Positions 8,815 through 17,827 of a stretch of DNA of 64,000 nt are shown here, one piece after another. The translations under genes and the position numbers were made by a program. The notes under the pieces are model-generated. The model was not told where the DNA came from and searched no databases. It saw nothing but the letters and a program-made list of their open reading frames with translations. Origin of the DNA: Chloroflexota bacterium (lineage in GTDB: Bacteria; Chloroflexota; Anaerolineae; UBA4142; SHND01); NCBI GenBank assembly GCA_029778615.1, contig JAKOPZ010000208.1:1-64000 (forward strand), in the 5' to 3' direction. How positions within the stretch are numbered: the first letter of the stretch is position 1; every line of letters starts with the position of its first letter.

Positions 8815-10185
8815 TTACTGCGGGTCACGTGTATCAGCCCGCCCAAAAAGTTCGCGCGCCTGCGCCACCAGCGATAACGAGCCGGTGAACAAAATCAAAT
8901 CGCGTGGCGATGCCGCCGCGCGCGCGGCGGACAAGGCGTGTTCACACGTTGGCGCGGCGTTGGCAGGAATACCCAACGCGCGCAAACGCTCCGCGAGCGT
9001 CTCTGCGTCACCACTGCGCGGATGATTTGTCGTTACCGTCCACATAGACGCAACAGAACGAAACGGCGCCGCAATCTCGGCGAGATTCTTGTCTCCCAAC
9101 ATTCCAAAAATCAAAAATAATTTTTCAAACTCGAAATGAAATTTCAACGCGTCGAATAATTTCTCTGCCGAATCGCCATTGTGCGCGCCGTCGGCGACGA
9201 TGAGCGGACGAGTTTCATCGCGCGGTTGCAAAATCTCCATTCGCCCGAACCACTCCACATTCCCAATCCCCGCGCGAACTACCGTATCTCCGATCTCCAG
9301 TTTCCACTGGTCTCGCATTACCCGCGTCGCCGCAATTGCCAGCGCCGCGTTCACGAATTGATGCGTTCCCAAGAGCGGTACAGACAAATCGCGCCAAACC
9401 CAATACTCGCCCCACAATCCCGCGTGCGGTACACCCGCGACGAGAAAATCGTCATGCCCGCCGAGCCAAATCCAATCGCGTTCGCCAATGCCCAAGACCG
9501 CGTTTTTTTCGCGCGCGGTCTGTTCCATCATATCCCTCGCTTCAGGCGCTTGCGGCGCGCTCAGTACAATTTTTCCATCCTTGATAATCCCCGCTTTCTC
9601 GAACGCAATCTTGTGTAACGTGTTGCCGAGTACGGCGGTGTGGTCGAAACTGATGGGCGTGATGAGTGCTAAATCGGCGTCCACCACATTCGTCGCATCG
9701 AGCCGCCCGCCTAACCCGACTTCGAGAATCGCCACATCAATTTCTTGTTGCGCGAAAAAATTCAGTGCGAGCGCGCTCATCACTTCAAACGTTGTGAAAG
9801 AATCAAAATCAGGATGCTGCGAAATCAAGTCGTCTAGCAAGGGTTGAATCTCCCCTGCCCCGCGCGCAAAATCATATTCCGAAATCAATTCGCCGTTCGC
9901 GCGAATTCGTTCGCGATAGGTGTGCAAATGCGGCGACGTATACAGCCCCGTCTTGATTCCACTCGCGCGCAAAATGCTTTCCAAAATCGCGGCGGTCGAA
10001 CCCTTGCCTTTTGTGCCCGCGATGAGAACGGAACGATAACGCGTTTGTGGATTGCCGAGCGCGTTCAGCAGTGCGCGCGGACGGTCGAGCCATAACTCTT
10101 GGCGCGCTGGACGCGTTCCCGTGCCGCGTTCCCAATCGGGAAGCGAAAGGAGAAGGCGCAAGGCATCGGTATATTCGTTCGTCAT
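8815..10185 (-). CDS. folC: bifunctional folylpolyglutamate synthase / dihydrofolate synthase
   Basis: Mur-ligase P-loop GTKGKGST. Start chosen at MTNEY, an ATGA overlap with the folP stop. An alternative ATG lies at 10230. Confidence 0.85.
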   Translation of the reverse strand: MTNEYTDALRLLLSLPDWERGTGTRPARQELWLDRPRALLNALGNPQTRYRSVLIAGTKGKGSTAAILESILRASGIKTGLYTSPHLHTYRERIRANGELISEYDFARGAGEIQPLLDDLISQHPDFDSFTTFEVMSALALNFFAQQEIDVAILEVGLGGRLDATNVVDADLALITPISFDHTAVLGNTLHKIAFEKAGIIKDGKIVLSAPQAPEARDMMEQTAREKNAVLGIGERDWIWLGGHDDFLVAGVPHAGLWGEYWVWRDLSVPLLGTHQFVNAALAIAATRVMRDQWKLEIGDTVVRAGIGNVEWFGRMEILQPRDETRPLIVADGAHNGDSAEKLFDALKFHFEFEKLFLIFGMLGDKNLAEIAAPFRSVASMWTVTTNHPRSGDAETLAERLRALGIPANAAPTCEHALSAARAAASPRDLILFTGSLSLVAQARELFGRADTRDPQ

Positions 10186-11042
10186 TTGTCTGTCGTCCGT
10201 CGTCGCATTACCGCATCCGTCATGCGGCATGCGCGGACTGCCGCTTGAACATCATGCACACGCACCATGTCCGCGCCTTGCGCGATGCACCACACGAGCG
10301 TTGCCAGCGTGCCCTCCAAGCGCTCCGGCACCGGCAAATTGAGCGTGAGTCCGATAACACTTTTGCGCGACGTGCCAATCAAAAGCGGAAGGTCTTGGAG
10401 CGCCGCATCCGTTTTGAATTCGTGCAAACGGCGGAGCAATTCCAAATTTTGTTGTAATCCTTTGCCAAAACCAATTCCCGGGTCGATAATGATTTTTCTA
10501 CGCGAAATTCCTGCGCGTGTTGCATCCTCCACGCGTGACGCGAGTTCCGAAGCAACCGCGCGCACAATATCCGGATTCTCGTACTCGACCTCATCATAAT
10601 GTCCGCCCCACGCGCTGCGGCGCGGCGGCGCGTCGCGATTGTGCATCAATACCACATACGCGTCGTGCGCGGCAATGACGTTTGCCATCCCAACATCGCG
10701 CGTCATTGCCCATACGTCGTTCACGATGGACGCGCCCGCGTCGAGCGCGCGTTGTGCCACCACCGCGCGTGAGGTGTCAATCGAAAGCGGAACCTTCACG
10801 CGCGCGGCAAGTTGTTTAATAACGGGCAGCACGCGCACCAATTCTTGGTCTGCATCAATGCGCGCGGAACCGGGGCGCGTGGATTCGCCGCCGACATCCA
10901 AAATGTCCGCGCCTTCGTCCACGAAACGCAAACCTTGCGCCACCGCCGCGTCCACATCCATCACCCCATCGCCCGAAAACGAATCGGGCGAGACATTCAC
11001 AATGCCCATGATGTAGGTGCGCGAGCCCCCTGCAAAATCCAT
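10182..11042 (-). CDS. folP: dihydropteroate synthase
   Basis: Pterin-binding motifs (GIVNVSPDSFSGDG, DVGGESTRPG, GxSRKS). Start uncertain: GTG at 11060, ATG at 11042 or ATG at 11009. Confidence 0.85.
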   Translation of the reverse strand: MDFAGGSRTYIMGIVNVSPDSFSGDGVMDVDAAVAQGLRFVDEGADILDVGGESTRPGSARIDADQELVRVLPVIKQLAARVKVPLSIDTSRAVVAQRALDAGASIVNDVWAMTRDVGMANVIAAHDAYVVLMHNRDAPPRRSAWGGHYDEVEYENPDIVRAVASELASRVEDATRAGISRRKIIIDPGIGFGKGLQQNLELLRRLHEFKTDAALQDLPLLIGTSRKSVIGLTLNLPVPERLEGTLATLVWCIAQGADMVRVHDVQAAVRACRMTDAVMRRRTTDK

Positions 11043-11061
11043 TTCGAATAAAATAGGCACT

Positions 11062-11095
11062 GCATATTTTCCGACAATGCAGTGCCTATTGGAAT
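11062..11095 (-). terminator. hairpin downstream of the RM genes (putative terminator)
   Basis: Stem AGGCACTGCAT / ATGCAGTGCCT. The U-tract is weak. Confidence 0.35.
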
Positions 11096-11110
11096 AAACC
11101 GTTTGTGTAA

Positions 11111-12069
11111 TTACTCGTATGGACCGAGAAATCGTTCCCCGTTAAAATGAATCAAGTGATCGGGGGTTTCAGAAACCCAGACATCCGTTTCCCAAGCAAT
11201 CTCCCTCAGATACCGCATCATTATTTTTCTGGAAGGAAACGCAGTCACAAAAACCAGAGGCAATAAAGAATCTTTGAAAAGATCTTTCAACTCATTGTGT
11301 CGCTTGATACCAATTGGACCGTGACTCGTCACAGCTTCGAGGAGGACGAGCCAACCCTTCGCGGGGTAATGAACGACTATGTCAGGCATCTTGCCGTGTT
11401 TGCTCAAGTGAATGCCAAGCGCTTTGAGAGCGAATTCATCGTAAACTTGCAATTTCTTACCCGCGTCTCCAAGGTAAATAACTTTGCCGTTCGGCGTATA
11501 TCGTGGGCAAAATTCGTGCACAATGTCACGAATCAATTTATTTTGCCCGCCGTTAGGTGCACTTCCAAGCCATCAGGCAAAGAGACCGGGTAAAGTTGTA
11601 GGTTTCTCTCACGCGCTTTGAGCCGATTCAGTTCTTTGGCAGTCCGCAAGTATGTGGCAAGATTACGGTCCCAGTCCTCAGTCCCAAACGACTGAATGAG
11701 ATTCAAAAAGGTTGGTTCAATTTGATAACGTGTATCAGGACTGTTGATAGGTCTGTCCAGGTCGTCAGGGTTTTTGACTACCAAGCCAAGTTGCAGGAAC
11801 TGGTGCATTGTATAACGTCGCACGGTTTCTCTTGTATTCTCAGCGTAGGTCACGCCAAAATTTTTGGCAAAAAAGCCCATCAGACCATGAATTCCTACCA
11901 ACGGTGCGGAAGCTGCCTGCCATGAGGTAGATGGTCGCACATTGGTCAAACCAAGTAATGTCAGAGCCGAACGCTGATTCTGTTGTTCTTTGGGAGCACC
12001 AATTGCCGCGAGAATCTGGCGAGCCTGCTCAATTTTTCGTTTTGCTTGTAGTGAAAGGTTATTACCCAT
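11111..12069 (-). pseudogene. BsuBI/PstI-family type II restriction endonuclease, split by a frameshift
   Basis: An internal ATG at 12069 with AGGAG 9 nt upstream begins a PstI-N-like domain (MGNNLSLQAKRKIEQARQIL...). This domain lies in the same frame as, and inside, the methyltransferase ORF. The C-terminal catalytic-domain ORF (11111..11536) is in a different frame. The two meet at a TTGA overlap within GGCAAAATAAATTGA. Combined length of about 320 aa matches PstI-family enzymes. Confidence 0.5.
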
Positions 12070-13638
12070 CTTCAATACTCCTAAAACAAGCTCGTCTAGT
12101 TCCTCTTGAGGGGGAAAACTCCCGCGTATATTTTCTCCAATCGTAAAAAGTTGTTCCCTACTTGGATAGACGAGATTGCGCAAATCTGTCGCATTGATCT
12201 GTGTGTGTCCACTAAATTGTCGAAAAAACTCGTCCACCATTGTTGAGTTCAAGTAAGCTGTAAGCCCGCGCGCCAAGGTTGGGTCGAGACCCCTGCCATT
12301 CATATGAAAGTAATTCAAATGATTCTCAATACCGTACCACTCGCCTTGGAGTTGGTGTGGGTCAAGTACTGCAGCAACCACACGCCGAATTTCCTCTTTT
12401 GCCGTTAAACGTTTGACAAGGACATATGTGTCACATGGTATCAACAAATTTTGTTGAGTGGCACTTTTGTCAATCGCAATGGGTTTGCGCGAGCCCCCAT
12501 TCGGGAAAACGACAAAGCCGTGCATCAAGTTATGTGGATGCAGGAGGGGAAAACTTGAAGAATTCAAACTGTACTGTAGTAAAGGAGTAGCCCGAAATTC
12601 GACAACCTTTCCCGTAGAAACTTGAATCCCTAAATCCTCTAATTTTCCTTCTAATACTCCAATTGTATTTCCGAGCGCATAATTCATTTCATCCGGTACT
12701 ATCCGTAGAAAAGATTCCGCATCTTGGGGTTTAATGACTTGGGTGGCAGGAACAGTTCTCTGTGTAATTAGGTCGTCCCCAGCCCCCTCCGTTGTTGAAA
12801 TGATGATGTGAGTTCCTTGCGGTTTCTTTGCGGCTGCCAAAATGATGGTCTCTTGTAAAACGCGGTCTCGTTTAAACACATCCTTGCGGTCATCAAACAG
12901 ATGAATTCGCTGCAAGGACATATGCTTGAGCAGAAATTTGCGAAAGGGTCGAAAATAAAGACCGTTTGCAAAACTGCGCGGAATAATTGCAACTAACTCT
13001 CCATCATTTTGCAAGAGTTTCGTCGCGAGCCACAAGAACGCCGCATACTGATTGGTAGTATCAACCTCCGCGCGCTTGAGTCGCTGGACTAGATTTGAAC
13101 GCCTCGACAATTTTCCATAGGGTGGGTTTAGTATCGCTGCATTAAACAGTCCGAAGCTGGGACGCAACAGTGTTCGCCCGCGCGCCAAATCCAAAGCAAT
13201 TTCCAAAAAATCATCTTGAATGATCTGGTATTGAAATGAGATAGGAGATTGCCTCAGTAACTTGGCAGCACTTTCGTACGCGGATTCAAGAAACGGAACG
13301 AGCCGTGCTTCAAGTTCAAAGGCTGTTAAATGAATTTGACGTGGGTGTCTTTGCCACTCGCTTGCTTGCGCCAAGAGTGCGATAGAAAGTGTGCCCAGCC
13401 CCGCTCCTGCATCAATAACTCGCAACTCGGTTGGGTGCTTTTCAAAGAGAGAAGCCATAAACTGCGCGGTAGGAACAGGTGTAAAGAACTGTCCATGCTC
13501 AGCGCGATTCGGCAGAGTGGGCGCAATTTCAAGTGCCAGCTCCTCAATTCGCTGAAACAACTTTTCCCAACCAAGTTGCTTGGGGAATGTCGGCGATGCA
13601 TTTGCAATATCAACAGCAGAATTCAGATTTGCAATCAC
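11533..13638 (-). CDS. gamma-class N6-adenine DNA methyltransferase (Eco57I/PstI-like, TaqI-like C-terminal TRD); ORF continues without a stop into the REase N-domain
   Basis: Motif I VIDAGAGLGTL and motif IV NPPYGK. TaqI_C-like region of about residues 360-505. GTG start overlaps the stop of the upstream MBL gene (GTGA). Region GC is lower (about 47-48% by eye). Confidence 0.75.
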   Translation of the reverse strand: MIANLNSAVDIANASPTFPKQLGWEKLFQRIEELALEIAPTLPNRAEHGQFFTPVPTAQFMASLFEKHPTELRVIDAGAGLGTLSIALLAQASEWQRHPRQIHLTAFELEARLVPFLESAYESAAKLLRQSPISFQYQIIQDDFLEIALDLARGRTLLRPSFGLFNAAILNPPYGKLSRRSNLVQRLKRAEVDTTNQYAAFLWLATKLLQNDGELVAIIPRSFANGLYFRPFRKFLLKHMSLQRIHLFDDRKDVFKRDRVLQETIILAAAKKPQGTHIIISTTEGAGDDLITQRTVPATQVIKPQDAESFLRIVPDEMNYALGNTIGVLEGKLEDLGIQVSTGKVVEFRATPLLQYSLNSSSFPLLHPHNLMHGFVVFPNGGSRKPIAIDKSATQQNLLIPCDTYVLVKRLTAKEEIRRVVAAVLDPHQLQGEWYGIENHLNYFHMNGRGLDPTLARGLTAYLNSTMVDEFFRQFSGHTQINATDLRNLVYPSREQLFTIGENIRGSFPPQEELDELVLGVLKMGNNLSLQAKRKIEQARQILAAIGAPKEQQNQRSALTLLGLTNVRPSTSWQAASAPLVGIHGLMGFFAKNFGVTYAENTRETVRRYTMHQFLQLGLVVKNPDDLDRPINSPDTRYQIEPTFLNLIQSFGTEDWDRNLATYLRTAKELNRLKARERNLQLYPVSLPDGLEVHLTAGKIN

Positions 13639-14570
13639 AATTCAATCGTCATGCCTTCGCGCGCGACAAATGTTGTCGGACGCACCAATTGCGCGCGCTT
13701 TTCAATTTCTTCCAACGTCTCGTCATCGTGTTCCGGCTCGTGATGAAACAACGCGAGCTGTTTTACATTTGCCGCGTTCGCCGTTTCAACTGCCATGCGC
13801 CACGTGGAATGTCCCCACCCTTGACGCGGCGTGGGCGCATCCAAATACAACGCGTCCGTATATTGTGCGTCGTGCGCCATCAAGTCCGCGCCCTGCGCAA
13901 ATTTGATGAGCCGCTGATAGTTGCCCACATACGATTCCACATCGGTGGCGAATACAAACGCGCGTCCTTGAAAATTCACGCGATACACAAAAACGCCTTG
14001 CGGGTGCGCCGCCGATTTCAAAACCTGCACGCACAGCGCGCCGTTGTCCACCGCCTGTGCAATCGCTTTTTCGTCGCGCTGTGACCACATCACGCGCGGT
14101 TCGCCCGGCGTGCCATGGAACATGATAACTTCGCCTTCGTTCAAATTACGCACCACGCGTTCACACGGCAGTTCGTCTACGGTGATTGGAAAAACGGGCG
14201 GCAGCATCGAGAGCGCCAGAACGCGCGCCAAATCTTCGTTCAGACTCTTTGGACCAAAAATATACAAAGTGGTCAATTGATAACGCGCGGGCGTGAAAAA
14301 GGGAAAGCCCTGCGTGTGGTCGTGGTGTGTGTGCGTGAAAAAAATGGTGAGATTGAGTGGATTCGACTCGGGCTTGTACTCTTGCGTCAACAGTTTGCCG
14401 AGATGGATAATGCCGGTGCCCGCGTCAAATATCAAATTATGTTCGCCCGCGCGCACGTGCACACAGGGAGTGTTACCGCCGATGCGCGCGGTTTTGGGCC
14501 CCGGCGTCGGGTAACTTCCGCGCACCCCATAGAATGTTACAGCAAAAGGTTCCGCCATGATTTGGTTCAA
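13635..14570 (-). CDS. MBL-fold metallo-hydrolase
   Basis: HTHHDH zinc-binding motif and beta-lactamase-fold pattern. Confidence 0.75.
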   Translation of the reverse strand: MNQIMAEPFAVTFYGVRGSYPTPGPKTARIGGNTPCVHVRAGEHNLIFDAGTGIIHLGKLLTQEYKPESNPLNLTIFFTHTHHDHTQGFPFFTPARYQLTTLYIFGPKSLNEDLARVLALSMLPPVFPITVDELPCERVVRNLNEGEVIMFHGTPGEPRVMWSQRDEKAIAQAVDNGALCVQVLKSAAHPQGVFVYRVNFQGRAFVFATDVESYVGNYQRLIKFAQGADLMAHDAQYTDALYLDAPTPRQGWGHSTWRMAVETANAANVKQLALFHHEPEHDDETLEEIEKRAQLVRPTTFVAREGMTIEL

Positions 14571-14573
14571 CTC

Positions 14574-15737
14574 TCAATCAATGGTCTGATTTTGCGACAA
14601 TTCGGCTTGCTGCACAATGGGAAGGGAAAACCGAAAAACACTGCCCTGCCCCAACAGAGATTCTGCCCAAATGCGCCCGCCATGCGCCTCGACAATGCCT
14701 TTGGCAATAGCAAGCCCCAAGCCGCTGCCGCCCACTTGGCGCGTGCTCGCACTGTCCACCTGAAAAAAACGGTCAAAGATGCGTTCCAAAAATTCGCGCG
14801 CAATGCCCGGTCCTTGGTCTGCAATGCTCACAATCACTTCGCCCGACAGGGCAGCCGCGTCCGGCAGTACCACTTCGCACGTTACTGTCACCTGTCCACC
14901 GTCCGGTGCGTACTTGATGGCATTCTCTAAAAGATTATTCAATACTTGACGAATGCGGCGCGGGTCCGCCCACACGCGCGGAAGTTCCGCAGGCAAGTCC
15001 ATCACGAACCAATGCGCCTCTGTGCGGCGCTGCGCGTTCTCTACCGCCTCGCGCAGCAGTCCGCGCAACTGTACCGGTTCGCGGTGAATGCGCAACGCGC
15101 CCGCTTCCACCTGCGACATGTCGAGCAAGTTGTCAATCAATTCTTCGAGGCGATTGCTTTCTTCTTCGATGATACGCAAAAATTCGCGCTGGGTCGCCTC
15201 GTCCCAACGCACGTCCTGACGCAAGAGCGTGGTGGCAAAACCTTTGATGGATGCGAGCGGCGTCCGCAGCTCGTGCGAAACGGTAGACAGCAGCTGCGTC
15301 TTCATCTGGTCAAATTCTTTTTCGTGCGTCACATCGCGCCACAGTACGCCGTATGCGTTTCCATCACCCGCCTTTAACGCAAACCATTTTGCTTCGATGA
15401 CGCGTTCACGCGGCGCGCGCAATGTAAATTCGAAACGCGGCAGCGTGTCTGCATTCTGCGCGTGCTGCAAGAACTGCTCCGCCAACTCTGTGCCCATTGC
15501 GGAATTTTCGGCGAGGGCGCGATAAACTTCTGCGATGGGTTGTCCGTTCCATTCTGCCGCATCCATGCCAAACAGTTCGGTCGCGCGCGGATTGAGAAGG
15601 AGAATGCGCCCCGCATCATCCACCAACGTTACGCCATCGGCAAGACTCAAGAGCGCGTCCGTGGCGAGCTCTTGTGTGGAAATGCCCACCATCGTTTTGA
15701 ATAAATTTTCGCGCGGGACCAGTACTGCGCTAGCCAT
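14574..15737 (-). CDS. sensor histidine kinase (PAS + HisKA + HATPase_c), cytoplasmic
   Basis: H-box SHELRTPL and N/G1/G2 boxes (NLLENAIKYAP, DQGPGI, GSGLGLAI). No response regulator is adjacent. Confidence 0.8.
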   Translation of the reverse strand: MASAVLVPRENLFKTMVGISTQELATDALLSLADGVTLVDDAGRILLLNPRATELFGMDAAEWNGQPIAEVYRALAENSAMGTELAEQFLQHAQNADTLPRFEFTLRAPRERVIEAKWFALKAGDGNAYGVLWRDVTHEKEFDQMKTQLLSTVSHELRTPLASIKGFATTLLRQDVRWDEATQREFLRIIEEESNRLEELIDNLLDMSQVEAGALRIHREPVQLRGLLREAVENAQRRTEAHWFVMDLPAELPRVWADPRRIRQVLNNLLENAIKYAPDGGQVTVTCEVVLPDAAALSGEVIVSIADQGPGIAREFLERIFDRFFQVDSASTRQVGGSGLGLAIAKGIVEAHGGRIWAESLLGQGSVFRFSLPIVQQAELSQNQTID

Positions 15738-16323
15738 TCTTCTTTTTCGCGCGCGGCGCTTTTGGTTTTTCGTCGCCGGTGAATAACGGCAAATGTCCGA
15801 GCGCCTGAATGTGTCCCCACTGTGCGCGTTCGCCTTCGGTGAACACGGCAGCTTCCGCCACCACTTTCGCGCCCGCGCGGTCCATCAGCAAACGCATTCC
15901 TTGCAGCGTACTGCCCGTGCTGATTACATCGTCTACCAAAATGACGCGCCTGCCGCGCACCGCGCTGTGGTCTTTTTCGTCGAGGTATAACGTTTGGGGT
16001 TTGCCGGTGGTGATGGAGAGCGTTTCGGCGCTGAGGACGTTGCCCATGTACGGTTTGTAATCTTTACGCAGCACCACATACGGTTTGTTCAATTCGATGG
16101 AGAGATGATACGCGAGCGGAATGCTTTTGGCTTCGGCGGTGACCAAAACATCCGCTTCCACCTTTGCCAATTTTTTGGCAAGTCCATGCGCGGCGGCAAT
16201 GGTAATTTCCGTATCGCCGAGCAAATTAAAAACCGCGATGCGGAGCTGCGGGCTGACGGCGAACAGAGGAAGATGGCGCGTGACGCCTTCAATGCGAACG
16301 GTATACGTATCACGTTTTGGCAT
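15730..16323 (-). CDS. phosphoribosyltransferase (type I PRT fold)
   Basis: PRPP-binding loop VILVDDVISTGSTL. An 8-nt overlap with the HK gene. Confidence 0.7.
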   Translation of the reverse strand: MPKRDTYTVRIEGVTRHLPLFAVSPQLRIAVFNLLGDTEITIAAAHGLAKKLAKVEADVLVTAEAKSIPLAYHLSIELNKPYVVLRKDYKPYMGNVLSAETLSITTGKPQTLYLDEKDHSAVRGRRVILVDDVISTGSTLQGMRLLMDRAGAKVVAEAAVFTEGERAQWGHIQALGHLPLFTGDEKPKAPRAKKKNG

Positions 16324-16404
16324 ATGTTGCTCCAATTTTTTTTGTACGCGGACCCACGCAGAAAAATTTTGTGCGTGTCACTTGTAGGAAATGCGCGGTT
16401 TGAA

Positions 16405-17682
16405 CTATTCTGCGGGTTCGGCGACGACATGCGTTGTGCTGTGTGGTGTCGGCACGAGAAAAATCAGAATCGCGAGCGTCACCATCGCAAAAATCAAATT
16501 GGCGACGAACGGCGCATAAAAGCCCACGTTGTCGTATAAAAATCCGCCAATGTACGACGCGGGAAACGCAAGCACGCCACTGAACGCGGACAAGCGCCCA
16601 AAAATTTCACCGCGCCGCGCGGGTTCCACCGTTTGCGTCACATACACATTGCGCGCGGGCACCCACGTGGCAGCGGTGAGCGCGAAAATGGACATGGACG
16701 CGGCGAAAATTTCAAAACGCGTTTGGGTCATCCAAATAAGCATCAACGGCGGCGCGAGCGCTTCGGACAAAATCAGAATTGGACGCGCGCCAATTTTATC
16801 TACTAAACGTCCAATCGGCAGTGAAGTCAACGCCCACGTGATGCTGCTGACGGATGACATGATGCCCAGCTGCGTTGTGGAAAAATCATATTCTTGGCGC
16901 AGCAAGCCGTACAAAATGCCAAAGCCCATGCCCCACGCGAACATGTCCATTGCGATAGCAATGAAAAACCAACGCAGTTCGCGCGGCGGCACCCACGCGC
17001 GTTTCAGAAAATCAAAAATCGCGCGGCGGGCAACGGAACCGGGTTCCGCCGCTGACCGTCGCTCGCGCAGATATTTCCAAATCAACAAAAACGCGGCGGC
17101 TTCAAACGCAACCGCGACGGGAAAGACAAAGGTGAACCCAAAACGGTCCGCCACCGCGCCCGCGAGAATCGGCACAAAAATTCCGGGCGCGATGACCACA
17201 ATCATAACGAGCGAGTACGCGCTGCCGCGATTCTTGGCGCCGACGGATTCACCCACAAGCGCGCTGTTCACCGGTTGGTACACTTGCGAAATGCCGAGCA
17301 GCATAATGGCGGGGACCAACACCAACAGCGCGCCAAACCAACCCGCCACCGCGTACAAACCAAACGCGCCCATCGCCGCGCACGACGCGCCGAGCAAAAC
17401 AATTTTGCGTCCGCGTTGGTCGGCAATCCATCCGCCCCACGGATACGCGAGCGTGGGAATCAAGCCGCCGAACCCACCGAGCGAATTCAAAAGTCCCAAC
17501 TGCGACATGCTCGCGCCGAGCGACAACACAAATGGTTGAAACACCACGCCGACCATGCTCTGTTCGATTCCACTCACGAATGAACGTGCGATGACGGCGA
17601 TTAGCGTCTGATTGAGAAACACACGCGAGCGGAGAGAGGCGAGTACAGACATGGGACCCGATTCAGAAAAGGCGGACAGCAT
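16405..17682 (-). CDS. MFS transporter
   Basis: About 12 TM segments with MFS motif GxxADRxGRK (GWIADQRGRK). The N-terminus of the longer ORF is translation of the CATTG word repeat, so the start is placed at MLSAF (17682) or MSVLA (17652). Confidence 0.75.
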   Translation of the reverse strand: MLSAFSESGPMSVLASLRSRVFLNQTLIAVIARSFVSGIEQSMVGVVFQPFVLSLGASMSQLGLLNSLGGFGGLIPTLAYPWGGWIADQRGRKIVLLGASCAAMGAFGLYAVAGWFGALLVLVPAIMLLGISQVYQPVNSALVGESVGAKNRGSAYSLVMIVVIAPGIFVPILAGAVADRFGFTFVFPVAVAFEAAAFLLIWKYLRERRSAAEPGSVARRAIFDFLKRAWVPPRELRWFFIAIAMDMFAWGMGFGILYGLLRQEYDFSTTQLGIMSSVSSITWALTSLPIGRLVDKIGARPILILSEALAPPLMLIWMTQTRFEIFAASMSIFALTAATWVPARNVYVTQTVEPARRGEIFGRLSAFSGVLAFPASYIGGFLYDNVGFYAPFVANLIFAMVTLAILIFLVPTPHSTTHVVAEPAE

Positions 17683-17827
17683 TATAGCAGAAAACTTGTA
17701 ATCAAATTTCTTTTGCCAATTCCCCTTCGCTATGCTAATATCTACGCCAATGCGCAATGACCAATGCACAATGCACAAATGAAATGACGCGTTGTGCATT
17801 GTGCATGAATGATTGTGCATTTCTTTT

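Noticed and set aside
10186-10230. Longer folC start at 10230 (MPHDGCGN...)
   Set aside because: It would overlap folP by 48 nt. The ATGA-coupled start at 10185 gives a FolC-like N-terminus. The alternative is not excluded.
14115-14930. 271-aa ORF antisense to MBL/histidine kinase genes; likewise 16529..17539, 17735..18709, 27121..28290, 28906..30366, 30279..31526, 34210..35208, 50443..51327, 54723..55559, 56414..57208, 58389..60058, 62855..63557
   Set aside because: All are antisense to strongly supported genes and show the Arg/His/Gln-rich composition typical of GC-rich frame shadows.
17813-17827. TTG start for lon proposed by the ORF track
   Set aside because: The ATG at 17828 gives the canonical Lon N-terminus; the extension is encoded by the CATTG word repeat.
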